Shown piece by piece: positions 1 to 13,185 of a stretch of 64,000 bases of DNA (within the stretch, counting starts at the first letter, position 1; every line of letters starts with the position of its first letter). This DNA is from Psilocybe cubensis. Taxonomy: Eukaryota. The notes under the pieces are model-generated. The model had not been told where the DNA came from and made no database searches. It was given only the letters and a program-made list of their open reading frames with translations. The stretch lies in NCBI GenBank assembly GCA_017499595.2, contig CM039001.1, positions 2,418,001-2,482,000 on the forward strand. Direction: 5' to 3'. Both the position numbers and the translations under genes were made by a program.

Positions 1-1698
1 ACCCTTCCAGTCCTGCGTGCGCGACGCCAAAGTAGCATCAGTCATGTGCAGCTATAATTCGGTGAACGGCGTACCTTCATGTGCCAATTCGTACTTATTG
101 CAATCCATCCTACGCGATCACTGGGGGTTCAACGACGACGGCCGATGGGTGACATCTGATTGCGATGCTGTGGACAACATCTTCAGTACTCACAAGTTCA
201 CCGCCGATTACCCACACGCTGTAGCCGATGCTTTGAAGGCTGGTACCGATGTTGATTGCGGCACCGCCTATTCTTTGCATCTGCCAGACGCCTTCAACCA
301 ATCCTTGATCACCAGGGACGACTTGGAGAAGGCGCTTGTTCGCCAATATTCGTCCCTTGTCCGGTGAGTAGACATTATTGTATATGCATACACCATTGCT
401 GATAACGCTCACAAAAGCTTGGGCTATTTCGACTCTCCACAGGTTCAGCCATACAGACAACTATCATGGGCCGATGTGAACACACCCAACGCCCAAGCCC
501 TCGCTCTTCAAGCAGCTGTAGAAGGGATCGTTTTGCTCAAAAACGACGGCACGTTGCCATTCAAAAATTCGATAAAGAAGATTGCCTTCATCGGACCTTA
601 TGCCAATGCAACAACCTCATTGCAGGGCAATTATCAGGGAACCGCGCCATTCCTTGTCAGTCCCGTCCAGGGTGCTATTAACGAGGGCTTCAGCGCCACT
701 TATACGCCAGGAACGACCATTTCGGGTAACTCGACAACTGGATTTGCGGCCGCCATAGCAGCCGCAAACGCCGCCGACGCAGTGGTATTTGCAGGTGGAA
801 TTGACGAATCCGTAGAACGAGAAGGATTGGACCGCATGAGCATCACCTGGCCCGGCAATCAACTTGACCTCGTCAGTCAACTAGCTGCTCTCGGGAAACC
901 ACTAGTCGTTATGCAGTTCGGAGGCGGTCAAGTCGACGGTTCTGCTCTGAAGAGTAACCCCAAAGTAAGTTAACTTTCTTAACTTGTTGAGAGATATATC
1001 CCTGACTGCGAGCACAGGTTAACTCTATTTTGTGGGCCGGTTACCCAGGTCAAAGTGGCGGAACAGCATTGGGACAAATCATAAGTGGAAAAGCAGCACC
1101 TGCTGGCCGTCTGGTTACAACCCAGTATCCCGCCGAATTCGTCAACCAGGTTGGAATGACCGACATGAACATCCGTCCAAGCACCTCCAATCCTGGTCGC
1201 ACATACAAATGGTACACGGGAACTCCAGTCTTCCAATTCGGCCACGGCCTCCACTTCACGTCGTTCGATTTGTCGTGGCAACATCAACCCAAGGCCAAAT
1301 ACCAAATTCCTAGAGGCCTCGGCAATGCGCCAGGTAGCACAACCGATCTCAAGGAATTTGACACCTTCACCGTCAACGTCAAGAACACAGGAAAGACAAC
1401 TTCGGACTACGTCGCTCTTCTATTCCTCAGCGGAACCGGAGGGCCCGCGCCGCTCCCCAACAAACAGCTGGTTTCCTACACGCGCCTGAGCCAAATCAAA
1501 GCAGGCGGGCAGAGCACTGCTAGTCTGAAGGTGACGCTCGGCTCAGTTGCTCGTGCGGATGCCAAAGGAAACCTATGGCTCTACCCTGGCTCTTATCAGC
1601 TGACAGTCGACACTGGGGTTGAAAGATCTCTGGTCCATGAGTTCGAGTTGGTAGGAGATGCAGTCCAAATTTCAAGCTTCCCCCAAAATTCCTCGTAG
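1..1698 (+). CDS. GH3 beta-xylosidase, 5'-truncated by the window edge; at least 2 introns (about 364-418 and 965-1017)
   Basis: GH3 motifs SVMCSYNSVNGVPSCAN, WVTSDCDAV (nucleophile Asp), EGIVLLKNDG.LP, WAGYPGQSGG, GRTYKWY, FGHGLHFT and a C-terminal Fn3-like domain, spread across ORFs 17-367, 419-973 and 1030-1698. Confidence 0.93.
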
Positions 1699-2018
1699 TT
1701 GACAAAATTGGGTCCATAAAAGTTGTATTTTGTAGTTGTATGTCGTGTAATCGCCATTTGCGTTATATTGGTTGCAAATGTTACAGAAGCAGATGGTGTG
1801 AGACTATAAAGAAGAAAACAAGGTGTCAAGCCAAGAAGGAAAGCTGGCCAGAGTAGTTTCGGCATTCGGCGTTTGCAGGAGCAAAAGGTCGGGAATTGCC
1901 GGTTGGCGGATTCTTGCTCTGGTTTCCTTCACGAAAGTTGTACAATCCATATCCCGCCCTTAGAGTGAGTAGGCCTATGCCGCACGCCAACCCTCCATAC
2001 TGACCCCCCACATAGACC

Positions 2019-2823
2019 ATGGCGTCAAAAGCAGCAGCCGTTGCGGTAGTGAGTACCAGTCCAATACACCCATCGTGACACGTCTCTCATCGACATTCTC
2101 TGTTCCAGGATTTCACCCGCATCTACTCATCTCTTGGCCTCGGAAAGGGTTGGTCGTTGGTTCAAGACGGTCTCTTATATCGGTTCTGAACTCTCCTACC
2201 TATTCTAGAGACCATCTCCGCCCTCCAAGCTTTCCGCAAGCGCCACAGCGAGGCCCAGCGACTGTCGCATGCCTTCGCCAGCCAACCCACCACCGTTAAC
2301 TTCGACCACTACCGCTCCGTTCTCAAGAACCAGGCCATCGTTGACGAGGCCGAGAAGCTTTTGAAGGATTTCAAGCCTGTAACTTATGATGTGAACTCCC
2401 ACATCAAGGCCATCGAGACTTTCGAGGCTACCGCTGTAAGTCTCGCGTTCGGTTACGTGTAAACGCGGGTTAAACGTTGGAAACTTTTCAGGTCGCCAAG
2501 GCCAAGGAGACAGAGGAGAAGATTGACATTGAGCTTCAACAACTCCAGGAGACTCTCGACAACATCGAGCAAGCTCGTCCCTTCGACCAGCTTACCGTGA
2601 GTTGCCCTCTAACCATCAACAATACACATACTCAAGCTCTATGAATAGGTCGATGATGTGGCAAAGGCTCACCCTCGCATTGTTGAGACCGTGGAGACTA
2701 TGCTTAAGAAGGGCAAATGGACAGTTCCCGGTGCGTTTGTATTTTTATTACCAACTTACTTCAACAGGCTTGACGCGTTCCTTAGGATACAAGGAGAAAT
2801 TCGGAGACCTCAACCTTATGTAA
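2019..2823 (+). CDS. ATP7: Mitochondrial ATP synthase subunit d (multi-exon)
   Basis: Hand-spliced product MASKAAAVA..DFTRIYSSLGLGKETISALQAFRKRHSEA...VNFDHYRSVLKNQAIVDE...LDNIEQARPFDQLTVDDV...KGKWTVPGYKEKFGDLNLM*. Confidence 0.93.
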
Positions 2824-2937
2824 ATTTTTGCCCTGTTATAGACTATATCCAATTTACATTCGTTGCGTCTATGACTGGATTCAACAAGTTATTGCATTCT
2901 GGCTATTACATGTGGCCTGAATGCACTATTCGCATCA

Positions 2938-5900
2938 TTAAAACGCACCGGGTCGAGGCGCCCATGGGGTCAAGGGCTGGTTTACGACCGGGGCCATACT
3001 ACTTTCAACTTGCGCTGTCAATGCCAATTTTAAAGAGTCAAGCTTGGCTCCTCCGGCGCCTGCAGCCCAAAGCGAAACAGCTAGTGTGTTTTCTCCTTGA
3101 TAGTTAAGAATTCCTTGGGCTGGCGGGATATAACTTTGGTAAAAATGCTAAAAACCGACGGATGAACCTGCTACTCACGGACTGGGAATGACTTTTGCGG
3201 ACCGATATGGTTTACTAACCACAATTTCAATGATCTCATTCCATGTTATCTCATTTCCGGTACTCACCATATTTGCCGAATTGGTAGCCATTGACGTAGA
3301 ACTGTGAAACATCGTCGCCAACGAGAATAACCTTTGACTACTCAGTGTCTTACCTGTGATCTGAAATGAGGATTGGTGGTCGAATTTGTGACCACGATGG
3401 CAATGGGATAGTCGACGCCTTGCGGTACAGACAGATTGAATTCAGTTCTGACTTGATGTCCTTAGCAGTGGTACAAATTGGTATATGCATGGGGACTTGC
3501 CTGAATATGCTTACTCCCGCTTTCGAAATGCCTGTCGTTGGATTACCTGAAGTCCACGAAGCGTCGTTGAAACCAGGTAGGTGGAAGCCTGATAACGGTG
3601 TGGGTATAGCCTTCATTTCAATTTATGCCTCAAATTCTCACCTTGACGCTCAGCGAAGAGACCGCCCTCGTTCAACGGTCCTCTGGTCCTGTCAGCATAC
3701 TAAAATGTTACATAAGTTATCAGCGCATGCAGCTGCAGGATATGTGGGAACAGACATTTTCTCCGCCCAGATTGCCAGCGACCTTCCAAATGTTGACATT
3801 TGTAGATGGGCTTCCCACAAAGGAGTAGCTTAGGATACCCCGTGGGGTCTTAAATGTCTCGCTCGCAGCAACCCAATCTTCTTCCAATCCCATATGGTCC
3901 TGTAAGATTGTAATGATGTGATTGGATGATTTTGCAAGGGCCGTCGAGAACGAAAATGTGCCTTCATGGTCACTTTGGACGGCATTGCCCTCCCATGATC
4001 CAATGAAAGTAGAATCCAGCCACACTGAGTAACCAAAGGCAGCACCACCGATGACATGTACTTTGAACGCCGTTTCAGTTCCTGTCGCGTTGAAGTGTGC
4101 CCTCCAAAGGATATTTCCAGTGTGGTACCCATAGTCGCCTGCATATAGGGACACAGGCGTCGACAATTGCGTAGGGTTGGCACTGGTCGTGTGGTTGGCA
4201 ACTGTCCAAAGAGCATCCGAATATGTAGATGTAATCTCTGGCAAACTGTCCGCCATTTTCTAGGAGATAATAATCGTATTTCAAAAACTGTTGAAAACAT
4301 TGTAATTATGATTGCTTACCCATGGAAGTGTAGATAGATTGGGTAGGGAAACAGGAGGCAAGGTAACAGTCTTTTTCGCAGTCAAGGTGCCGTACGAAGT
4401 CTTGCTCAGTGGTAAGGGGGTTCCATTGAAAGTTAGAGCTCGAGACTGTGCAGCGGGTGCGATGATCTCAAAGCTTGCAGTGTTGTTAAGGTCTCCGGTC
4501 AGAGCCAAGGTTCCTCCATTGATGTTGACAGAACGAATGAGATACCCTCCTTTAATGATGATTGGATTTTCGGTGCTGAACTGCGCCAAAGCACCGCTGG
4601 TCGGGGGATGAAGAACCCAGAATTGATATGCATTGGCACGATCTGATGAATTGTAGCACATCAGCCTCCATTTTATGCAATCTCAAGTGACAGACAGTAC
4701 CTAGAATATAGACGAGTGTGTCACTTCCAACTTGGACGACAGTTTGACCGGATGTTGTAAATTGTAAAGCTAGAGCGCCGCCATTCAATACTTTCTGTTT
4801 GAGCGTACCGCTTCCCGAAAGAACTTTAACAGCAGGCGCAGTTGCTGACGCAAATTTAATAGCTGTTTCGTGTAGTTCTCCGGCATTTCCATACACAAGA
4901 ATTATGTCACGGCCGTCAATGGTTGCCCTTGGAAGAGTAGATTGATAAATATTAGTATACAACCCCGAGACTCTGCTAAACGGATCCCAGACTAACCAGG
5001 TCATGATTTCAGCTGTTGAATAGAGAAGAGTTGTAGAGCCGGCAGTATAGTCGACAACATGAATCTTCGAATCTTTGCCTGTCAGAGTCAAGGAACCTCC
5101 AAGCGTTGGTACGGTCAAGGTTCCCAGACTGGTAGGCAAAGTCAATGTGTATGTTTGTACAGCGTTTGTCGACGCATCAGTTTGCCTTGAGGTTGTATCA
5201 CGAATTTAGTACGATGCATATAATAAACGTTAGTGAGAGTGTACCTAACGACATAAAACCCTGTTTTTTTGCCAACAACATCCAGAATCTGGGTGGTTTT
5301 AAGCGCCGAGTTGCCCGTATATGCTCCTTGGGACGTGGCTATGTTCTGGGGTCTGGTTGTAAGATAGGCAGGCGAGACGGCCAAGAAGTTAGCTTGCAAC
5401 TTCAACTCGTAGAATTTTTCGCGCAACGTTCGATCTTCTGCAATGGCAGATCCCTGAGAAGGTATACTTTAGTGTAGAGTTCATATACATTTTAATAGTT
5501 TGAAACTAACATAATCGTATGAGGTATATACACCTATGAAAAGCCTGTTAATAATGTTGACTGAAACCACATATCCTGGGAGAACATACCAGGGTGAGCA
5601 ATGCCTCCCCAATTTGTACCGCCATAAATCATGTACAGATTGAGATAGGTCGTCGACATCGCAATTTCATTCTTATAAAACACTGCACTTATCTAAGTCA
5701 TTCGCCATCGAGCAACACGATTACAAACTTACCTCTTTCGAATTCAGTTCCAGTAAGAATGGCGCAAGTGTCGTATCCGGATCCACCCCTATTTAATGTT
5801 ATAAGAACTCGGGTACGACCAAAGTGGCATCCAGCACTAACCAGCCATCAAATGCACCTCCTTGGAATTCGTAAACCGCATTCAAGTCCTCGGGGTTGAT

Positions 5901-7118
5901 TGACATATGCGCATCCCAGAACGAGCTGCCAATCAAATAAGTCGTATGTTAAATTCCACAAATAAAAACTTACTCTGGGACTGCATTAGACGCCCATGTG
6001 TTCGGGTGGGAGCAATCAAACCCGTTTGGGTAAGAATCATACCCATAAACATCGACGGTAGTATAATGGCCACCAGCCCAAGCATCATTAGTAGTAATTG
6101 GAACAGTGATTCCAGTATCTAACTGCCCAGAATTTCCCTCAGACGTAATGTTGGTAATGATTGGAATACTACGCACGAAGGCTTGCATTAATTTGCTTTC
6201 ATAAACGAAATCTTCCGTATAAGGTGCTTGGAATCCACTGTATTCATTTTCAGACTTGAATAGAAACACAGATCAGGATCACACTGTAGACCATCGAGAT
6301 ATTGGTTGGTACACCCACCTGAACTAAAATGATTGGACCTCCTTGAGTAATTTGATTGGCTGCTAACGTCGCTCCAACAGCCTTGACATAGCCGGCGTAA
6401 GCGTCAAGGTATGTTGTGTTAGAGGTTCTCCAAATGCCGGGGGTGTAAGTACCCCATCCAGGGAATCCACCACCAGTAGTTTCAGCGTTGATATAGGGGC
6501 TATGACCTGAATTTAGTAGATGTAAAATCAAATTAACTTGTACCGTACCCAGGACGAGCAACCAAATAGATCCCTGCTTTCTTAGCGGCGTCAATGAAAG
6601 GCTGCAGGTCGCGGAAGCCTTCAAACGATATTTCTCCCCTCTTGGGTTCGTGGATACCCCAGAAAATATAGAAGGAAACTGCATTGAACCCCATTGCTCT
6701 ACGGACGGTATTTTCAGCAAACATATAAGTCTATATACAAGAATATATACTTGATTTTCTGGAAGATGTCCAGGTGTAGGCTTTGAACTGGCATTCTATA
6801 TGCGAACAATGCACTTGGGTTTGTATCATCGAACCTCGTATGTAGACCTGTCATACCGGTATGGATGTACTTCTCCGCTAAAAAGCATGAGGCGTTTCCC
6901 ATTTATCATGTAGGAATATTGATCCCAGGTAACCTTAATTCGAAAGTAAGTCACAGAAAATTACGACGATTGTTACATACGTTAGTTTGGAGGCCATCCG
7001 TGAGCGTCTGTCGAGGAAGAACCGTACGACGAGCTCTTTTTGTCAGGTCACCGTGGTTCTTTGCCACTACCAAGATAGCGCAGAGAAGAGAGAGCAACCT
7101 CAAGAATATGGCCTTCAT
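2938..7118 (-). CDS. Secreted GH35 beta-galactosidase (many introns)
   Basis: Signal-peptide-like [19 protein letters not shown]; motifs [113 protein letters not shown]; stop codon at 2938-2940. Confidence 0.93.
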
Positions 7119-8147
7119 CTTCGGATGAATTTCAGACTAATTCATAGATTCTGCTGGCTTTTATAAGTGTCGGGTGTTGAATCCGGTCTCTATCATGGCG
7201 GTCAAATACAACAGGACACATGATAAAAATGTCTTCTGAAGCACTGTGAAGCACGAGAACCAAAAGGTACGGACCGGATTGAAGGGCTTGAAGGAAGTCG
7301 AAGCTACTCTTCACAGGAGATGGGTGCTATCCAGGACTTGCAGATAGGTTAAAAATAGACAAGAACGCTTCCACGTGATCCTAGAACGACGAGCAAGCGC
7401 CGAATATCAACCGGCGCTGTACCAGTGAACGAGGCCGTGCGTTGACAAGTGGTAGCAAATCACATTGTGGGTCCTGGCATGACCTATAATTGGTGGTAAG
7501 AACTCTAAACAAGATGCCTTGAGTATCTTGACATTGCATTTGTTGAGATGCTAAATATCGACTGGGCCACTTGCCACTTGGCGATGTTGTCTGCATACTA
7601 TAGGTCACCTCGTGACAGAAATCGCGCCGTGCATAGGAGTCCAGAGTCCAACTTGAAGCGGGGGGCACCGGGAAGACTAGGCGCGACGACGAACTGAGAA
7701 GTAGCGGTTTGCACTCCCGGAAGAAAAGCACGAGATAGCCACGAGCTACCACGAGCAACACTTTGGATCCGTTATGGGAGAAAGAGTTTCGAGAAAGCTT
7801 GGGCTTGATCAGTCAACTCTAGAGAGATCCGGGTGTGTCTGGATAAAACAAGTAATATAATCGATGTGTCGGCAACGGAGAGGCCTGTGATTTGGGAAGG
7901 AGACACCGAGAGCGGGGAGAAATGCCTGCCTAGACGACACTGGTGGGGTAAAATACTCGCCATGAGGGCTAGATGGGGCATGGGGCGGGGTCAATGCTGG
8001 GCGAGTTGAAACCCCAGACGCGGTTCCTGATAAGGAAGTGACGTATCGCGATGGTCGATTGGCAATTGATGTCAAACAAAGTCCGAGTGCCTTGAATTCG
8101 TTTATTATCTCGCCGTCTTCCTTTCTCTCTCCTGCTTGCTCCCCACC

Positions 8148-10240
8148 ATGTCCTCAATACCCGTTCATCAATATGACAGCGCCCAGTCCGTCTTCGATCT
8201 CCTCGAGCGTCAGTTCGTCATCGGCGAAGACACTCTCGTAGAGCTCACCCAGGCCTTCCTCGAGGAGTTCAAGGTTGGCCTAGAAAGCTACAACCATCCT
8301 ATGGCGATGATGTGATTTCCATCGTCTCATTTTCTCAATCGTTTCTCACCTTGTTTTCTAGTCCTACCTTCGTCACTGCAGTGCCAGATGGCACAGAGAC
8401 CGGGTAAGTTCTCGGAACGACGCGGAAGGTCAGGGACTAATCTTGTAACGCAGCACTTTTCTGGCTCTCGATCTTGGCGGCACAAATCTGTTCGTTTCCA
8501 TATTTGCTCTGGCGGCGATTCTCTCTCTTATCCCAGTGTCAAACCCGCAGGCGCGTGTGTGAGGTCGTGCTCAACGGAAACAAGACTTTCAATCTAGTGC
8601 AACAAAAATACAGAGTTTCGGAAACCCTCAAGTCTGGAGAGGCCACTGCTCTATTTGGTTAGCCCCTATCTTGGCATATGCTGGCGATTCCTTAATCTTG
8701 CCCCTCCACACCCCCAGATTACCTCGCTGACTCGGTAGACGCGTTTCTTACGACGCACGCGACGACAGATTACACATCTCCCACGGAAGCAACCTCTGGA
8801 ACTCCGTTATCGGACGTCCATCTCGGCTTGACCTTCTCATTTCCCGTAGAACAGACAGCTCTCGGATCGGGCAAAATTCTGACATGGACGAAAGGATTTT
8901 CAGCAAAGAACGCTGTCGGAAATGACGTTGTTAAACTGTTACAAGACGCTTTTGACAGAAAACATATGCATGTCAAATGTGTTGCCCTCGTCAATGATGT
9001 GAGTACTCAAAATTTGTTCATATCTCGAAATTAATTGATCTATTCCCAAGACCGTCGGGGCATTGCTATCTCGTGCTTATCAGGCAGGCGGATGCTTCGC
9101 AGGCGCTATTTTTGGTACGGGGACAAACGGAGCCTATATGGAACAAGTTTGTATGTCGTCTTTACTGTTCTTCTAATTCCGTCGGCTAAAATAGATTTCA
9201 AGCCAAAATCAAGAAATTGGCTGGAAACCCCGCTTGGGATAAAGGTGGTCTGATGGCCATCAACACTGAATGGGGAGCATTCAACAATTCAGTAAGCTCC
9301 AAAAACATTATATATATATTTTCTATCTAATTCTCGAGTAGCGTTCACATCTACCTACAACTCCCTACGACAATGCTATTGATCGTCTTAGTATCAACCC
9401 TAAATTCCAAGCTTTCGAAAAATTCATATCAGGAATGTACTTGGGTGAAGTTGTCCGCAACATCATAGTCTCCCTCGTCGATGCTACGCCAAAGTCTTTG
9501 CTCTTCGGAGGAAAATCAACCGCCTTCTTGAACAAACACTATGGTCTTGATACAAGCTTCATGAGCGCGACGGAGGAAGCTTGGATAGGCGATGACTCCA
9601 GTCCGGATGCGTTTGTTCATCCTCCTTTGAGTGTTGAGTTTAAACGGGAGGAGTTGAATGCAGCGGTTCTGAAGAAGCTAGACAATATTCGAACAATTAT
9701 TGCGAAAACTCTGGGATTCAAATTGGAGGATGTGTCGCTGAATGATGCTGCTGTATGTCGTCTTCTCTGATCATGGATCATTACTCACCATGAATAATAG
9801 GTCATTCGGTGGATTTGCTCTCTCGTAGCCAGACGAGCGGCCTTATTGAGCGGAGTGGCTGTCGCTACGGTTTTGATTCAAACAGAGCAGGCGACTTTGA
9901 AAGGCTTGGAAAAACCCGCTCGCGGTCTGAACCAGAAGCTTGGTGTTGGTGTGGACGGAAGGTAATTATCAGTGCTTCCATCTACCCTGTGCTTCCTAAT
10001 TTGTTATTGTTTTGCCAGTCTCATCGAACATTATCCCAACTTTGGCAAAATTCTTCGAGAGTCATTGGTGCTTCTCGTTGGTGAGGAAGTTGAACAACGA
10101 GTAGAAATTGGTCTCGCCAAAGACGGAAGTGGTGTTGGTGGTCAGTGCTTTTTTATTTTCTGTACACTGGCCTGTTTTGACGGTTGTTGTCCAAAGCTGC
10201 ACTTTGTGCTCTCATGGCCTTGAAGCAGGGGGCCGTTTAA
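8148..10240 (+). CDS. Hexokinase/glucokinase (multi-exon)
   Basis: Motifs PTFVTAVPDGTETG, FLALDLGGTNLRVC, LGLTFSFPVEQT, WTKGF, VALVNDTVG, FGTGTNGAY, INTEWGAF, FEKFISGMYLGEV, GVDGSL, AKDGSGVGAAL. Confidence 0.93.
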
Positions 10241-10445
10241 GTGTACCAACTTACAGCTGTATAGAAATACAGGACGGGGAATGTCTGTCGTTTCCTTTGG
10301 ATGGCGTATCAACATTATCTGTAAATTAAATAAGTCAATAGCCGAGAAGCTCACAAATCACCCTTGTATCTATCATCAATAGCATTAAAGCCTTTCAGCT
10401 TAAAAAGAGTTAAATACAGTGTATGATAATCAATGAGCAGGGTTA

Positions 10446-11627
10446 TTATCCGTGGACGTTGATCGTCGACTCCCTAGAAGCGCGGTATGCCCTGCTTACT
10501 TTTCTCCAGTCGAGCACTGACCAGAACTCCTTTAACCAATCCTCCTTGCCCCATACACCAAATCCAGCACTCATCCATGCGTGCTCGTACACAGGGACGC
10601 AGAACAGCGGGAAGATCACATTTCCAACAGCAAGGGCGGATGGGATATTGCTGCCTCTAACAGCGGATTCGCTGGGGCTGTCGCCGTACATTGTCGCGGT
10701 ACCAGAGCGGTAATCATTCGCTTGGGCGCTGTTGGCACTGAATGCACGGGTGTGGTCCGAGAAGAGCCCCTGGCTAGGTGGCTGAGTAGGCATTCCAGAA
10801 AATGGCGACGAGGGCCCAGCACCTGGCAGGGAAGGGATAGGTCGCGGGGTAGTGTTCTGGGAGTCCTTAATGATGATGTTTGCACCAATGGCTTGGTTAT
10901 TCTCCTTCGACAGGTAGTGCATGTTGGTGCGCGACCTGACGAGCAGCGTTGAGGGGCCAAGGGTGGGCAGAACACCGAGGTTTCCCTCGCCGTCTGTCAC
11001 CATCCAAACCCACCCGCTGCTGAACATACCCAGCGCTGAGGCGCAGAAGGTGGATTTGAGCCCGATGATGTCTCCGTAATGATCGCGGATTTTCTCAAAA
11101 AGCTCGTCTGAGATATAGCCTTGATGAGATTTGAGCCCGCTTTCTTCGTCTGGAGGAGGCGCCTACGGACAGAAATGAAGAGTCAAAACGCGGAAATTGT
11201 TTTCGGATCGGAATACGCACGAGTTGTTCCAAGAAGAAGCTGTTATTCAGCGCCAATGCGCCATAGTTGAACGCTAATATACGTTCACGTCGAGTAGCAC
11301 AGTTGATAGTGATAGCGGCGACAGTTGCATGAGGCTCTGTCGCGGTATCAGCTGTAGAGAGGGACGGTATTAACAAAAGTAATATGTAGTCGGTGTTAAA
11401 TACAAACTCTTTAGTTCGTCATTCAAGCGGTCCAAGAGGCCTTTCTGATACTCCATCAGTGTTTTGAGAGCGGCAGGGGGCAAGAACTTTCCAAGTCCTT
11501 GTTCTATGGGGTATGGCAGCTCCCTGACTTGGTGGACATTTCGTCGGCCCAAAGTGGACTGGAAAGAAGAAAATCTGGAACTAGACCTAGGGATCCGCGA
11601 GGATACCAGACGAAGACTCGACGCCAT
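10446..11627 (-). CDS. Fe/Mn-SOD-fold mitochondrial small-subunit ribosomal protein (Mrp1/Rsm26-like), probably non-catalytic
   Basis: Arg/Ser-rich presequence, ELPYPIEQGLGKFL, AFNYGALALNNSFF, FSSGWVWMV, PLFCVPVYEHAW, FWSVLDW; the canonical SOD metal-binding His/Asp residues are not conserved. Confidence 0.75.
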
Positions 11628-11837
11628 TGGAGCAGACAAGAAGAGTAAGCAGGACTACCGCCTGTACAAGCTGCCCGAACTTTTTTTTGGGAGTTGGAAG
11701 GAGGACGCGCCGGTCTGTCACATTCGGGCGTTAATTGCCCGTGTTTGGCAAAAGCTTCCAGATTTCCCCACTGTCGTTGCCGCGTTAACCAGCCACGTCG
11801 CGTTCCCAACTGTATACCCATAATCTCTGTCCTTACA

Positions 11838-12310
11838 ATGCCTCCAAAAGCTGCACAAGCATCCTCGACCACAGCGTTTGGCTCTTTTCAGTCTCTGTTC
11901 AAAGCCTACAACGATAACACTTCAAACCGCCTCAAATTCATCGATGTATTCCTTTTGTTCCTGATGCTCTCTGGCATCATTCAGTTTGCATATTGCATCC
12001 TCGTCACCAACTTTCCTTACAATGCATTCTTGGCCGGGTTAGTATACTAAGTTTGTGTGCTTGAAGGTAGTCATGTTCATTCTGCATTCTGTAGATTCTC
12101 TAGCACCGTCGGACAATTTGTCTTGGCAGCGTCATTGCGCTCGCAGGTTAACCCAGATAACAAGGACGAGTTTAAAGACGTATCGCCAGAGCGGTATGTC
12201 TTGCAGTTGCACAAGATGACTATCCACTGACAGGACGTTGTAGGGCATTCGCTGACTTTGCTTTGGGATCAATAGTATTACACTTCTTTGTGTACAACTT
12301 CCTGGGATAA
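11838..12310 (+). CDS. OST2: Oligosaccharyltransferase subunit OST2/DAD1 (3 exons)
   Basis: LKFIDVFLLFLMLSGIIQFAYCILVTNFPYNAFLAG-FSSTVGQFVLAASLRSQVNP...VSPER-AFADFALGSIVLHFFVYNFLG*. Confidence 0.95.
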
Positions 12311-12445
12311 ATCTGTCATGGAAGTAGCTGGGGATAATATAATCGTGGAACACAATATTCTGCCGAGACGTGCGATAACAAAGGGCGGTGAAAGAATGAG
12401 ATAGATGAAGACGGACTAAGATGATATTTGGATTTCGAGACTGCC

Positions 12446-12912
12446 TCATGACCGTTTCCTTTCGAAAGAAGACGACCTCTGCGAAAATATCAGCGTAAAT
12501 TCCTTCACGGAAAGAGAATGATCATACCCCGAATACGACGACGGCAAAGTCAAAAGCGTACTCTCCTGGAGGTAATGGTAAGCAGAGTGTATGCAACAGG
12601 ATAGGGCGTGCTACCCACCGAATTCCAAATAAGAATTAAGCCAGGCTGTGAAACATATGAGAATATAGAAATAGGTTAAAATGGCCAGACATACCACGAA
12701 CGTCCTTGTTGGGCACCTGTGAGAGAGCAGGCCTAGACAATGTTAGTATAGGATGCTCTACTTCAGACATGGCACATACGTTAAACCAGTTGTGCGCTTC
12801 ACTCCGGCGAGGAATGCGCTGATGAGCAAAGCATCTATACCAAGATGAACTGCGGGGGAGTCAGAAATGACCAGCGAGCAGACTAGAAAGACTGACCAAT
12901 CTTTCCGAGCAT
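12446..12912 (-). CDS. ATG44: Mitofissin (Atg44/Mdi1 family, formerly DUF1748), about 72 aa in 6 short exons
   Basis: Hand-spliced at GT-AG sites: MLGKIVHLGIDALLISAFLAGVKRTTGLTPALSQVPNKDVRAWLNSYLEFGEYAFDFAVVVFGRSSSFERKRS*. This matches the Atg44 pattern GK.VH..ID..L.S..LAG.KR.TGLTP...Y...GE..D. Confidence 0.85.
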
Positions 12913-13185
12913 TGTGTGTGCAGAGACAGAAGATAGAACGCAGCGGACTCGACTGTGGCCAAGCCAAGCTGATCACAACTGGGACTGAGGATGACTAAGC
13001 AGACAGACGCTTAGCTAGTAGCAATCTCGACTCTTTGCAGCTCTCTGCCACTGGACCCATGCCTCCAGGCTCTCCCTGTAGTCCAAGCGCTATTTTTTTC
13101 CTGCGGGACTCTGTCCAGGTCAATGCTCATACTAGGTCTCGCTGCATGGACTGCTGCGCGCTGGCAGTGCCAAATGGGGGCTACC

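Noticed and set aside
7132-8140. Several short ORFs between beta-galactosidase and hexokinase
   Set aside because: No recognisable motifs or splice pattern; most simply a divergent promoter region.
10446-11627. Active Mn/Fe superoxide dismutase
   Set aside because: Metal-ligand positions are substituted (ALALNNSFF; PVYEHAW instead of DxWEHAY), which fits the mitoribosomal SOD-fold proteins.
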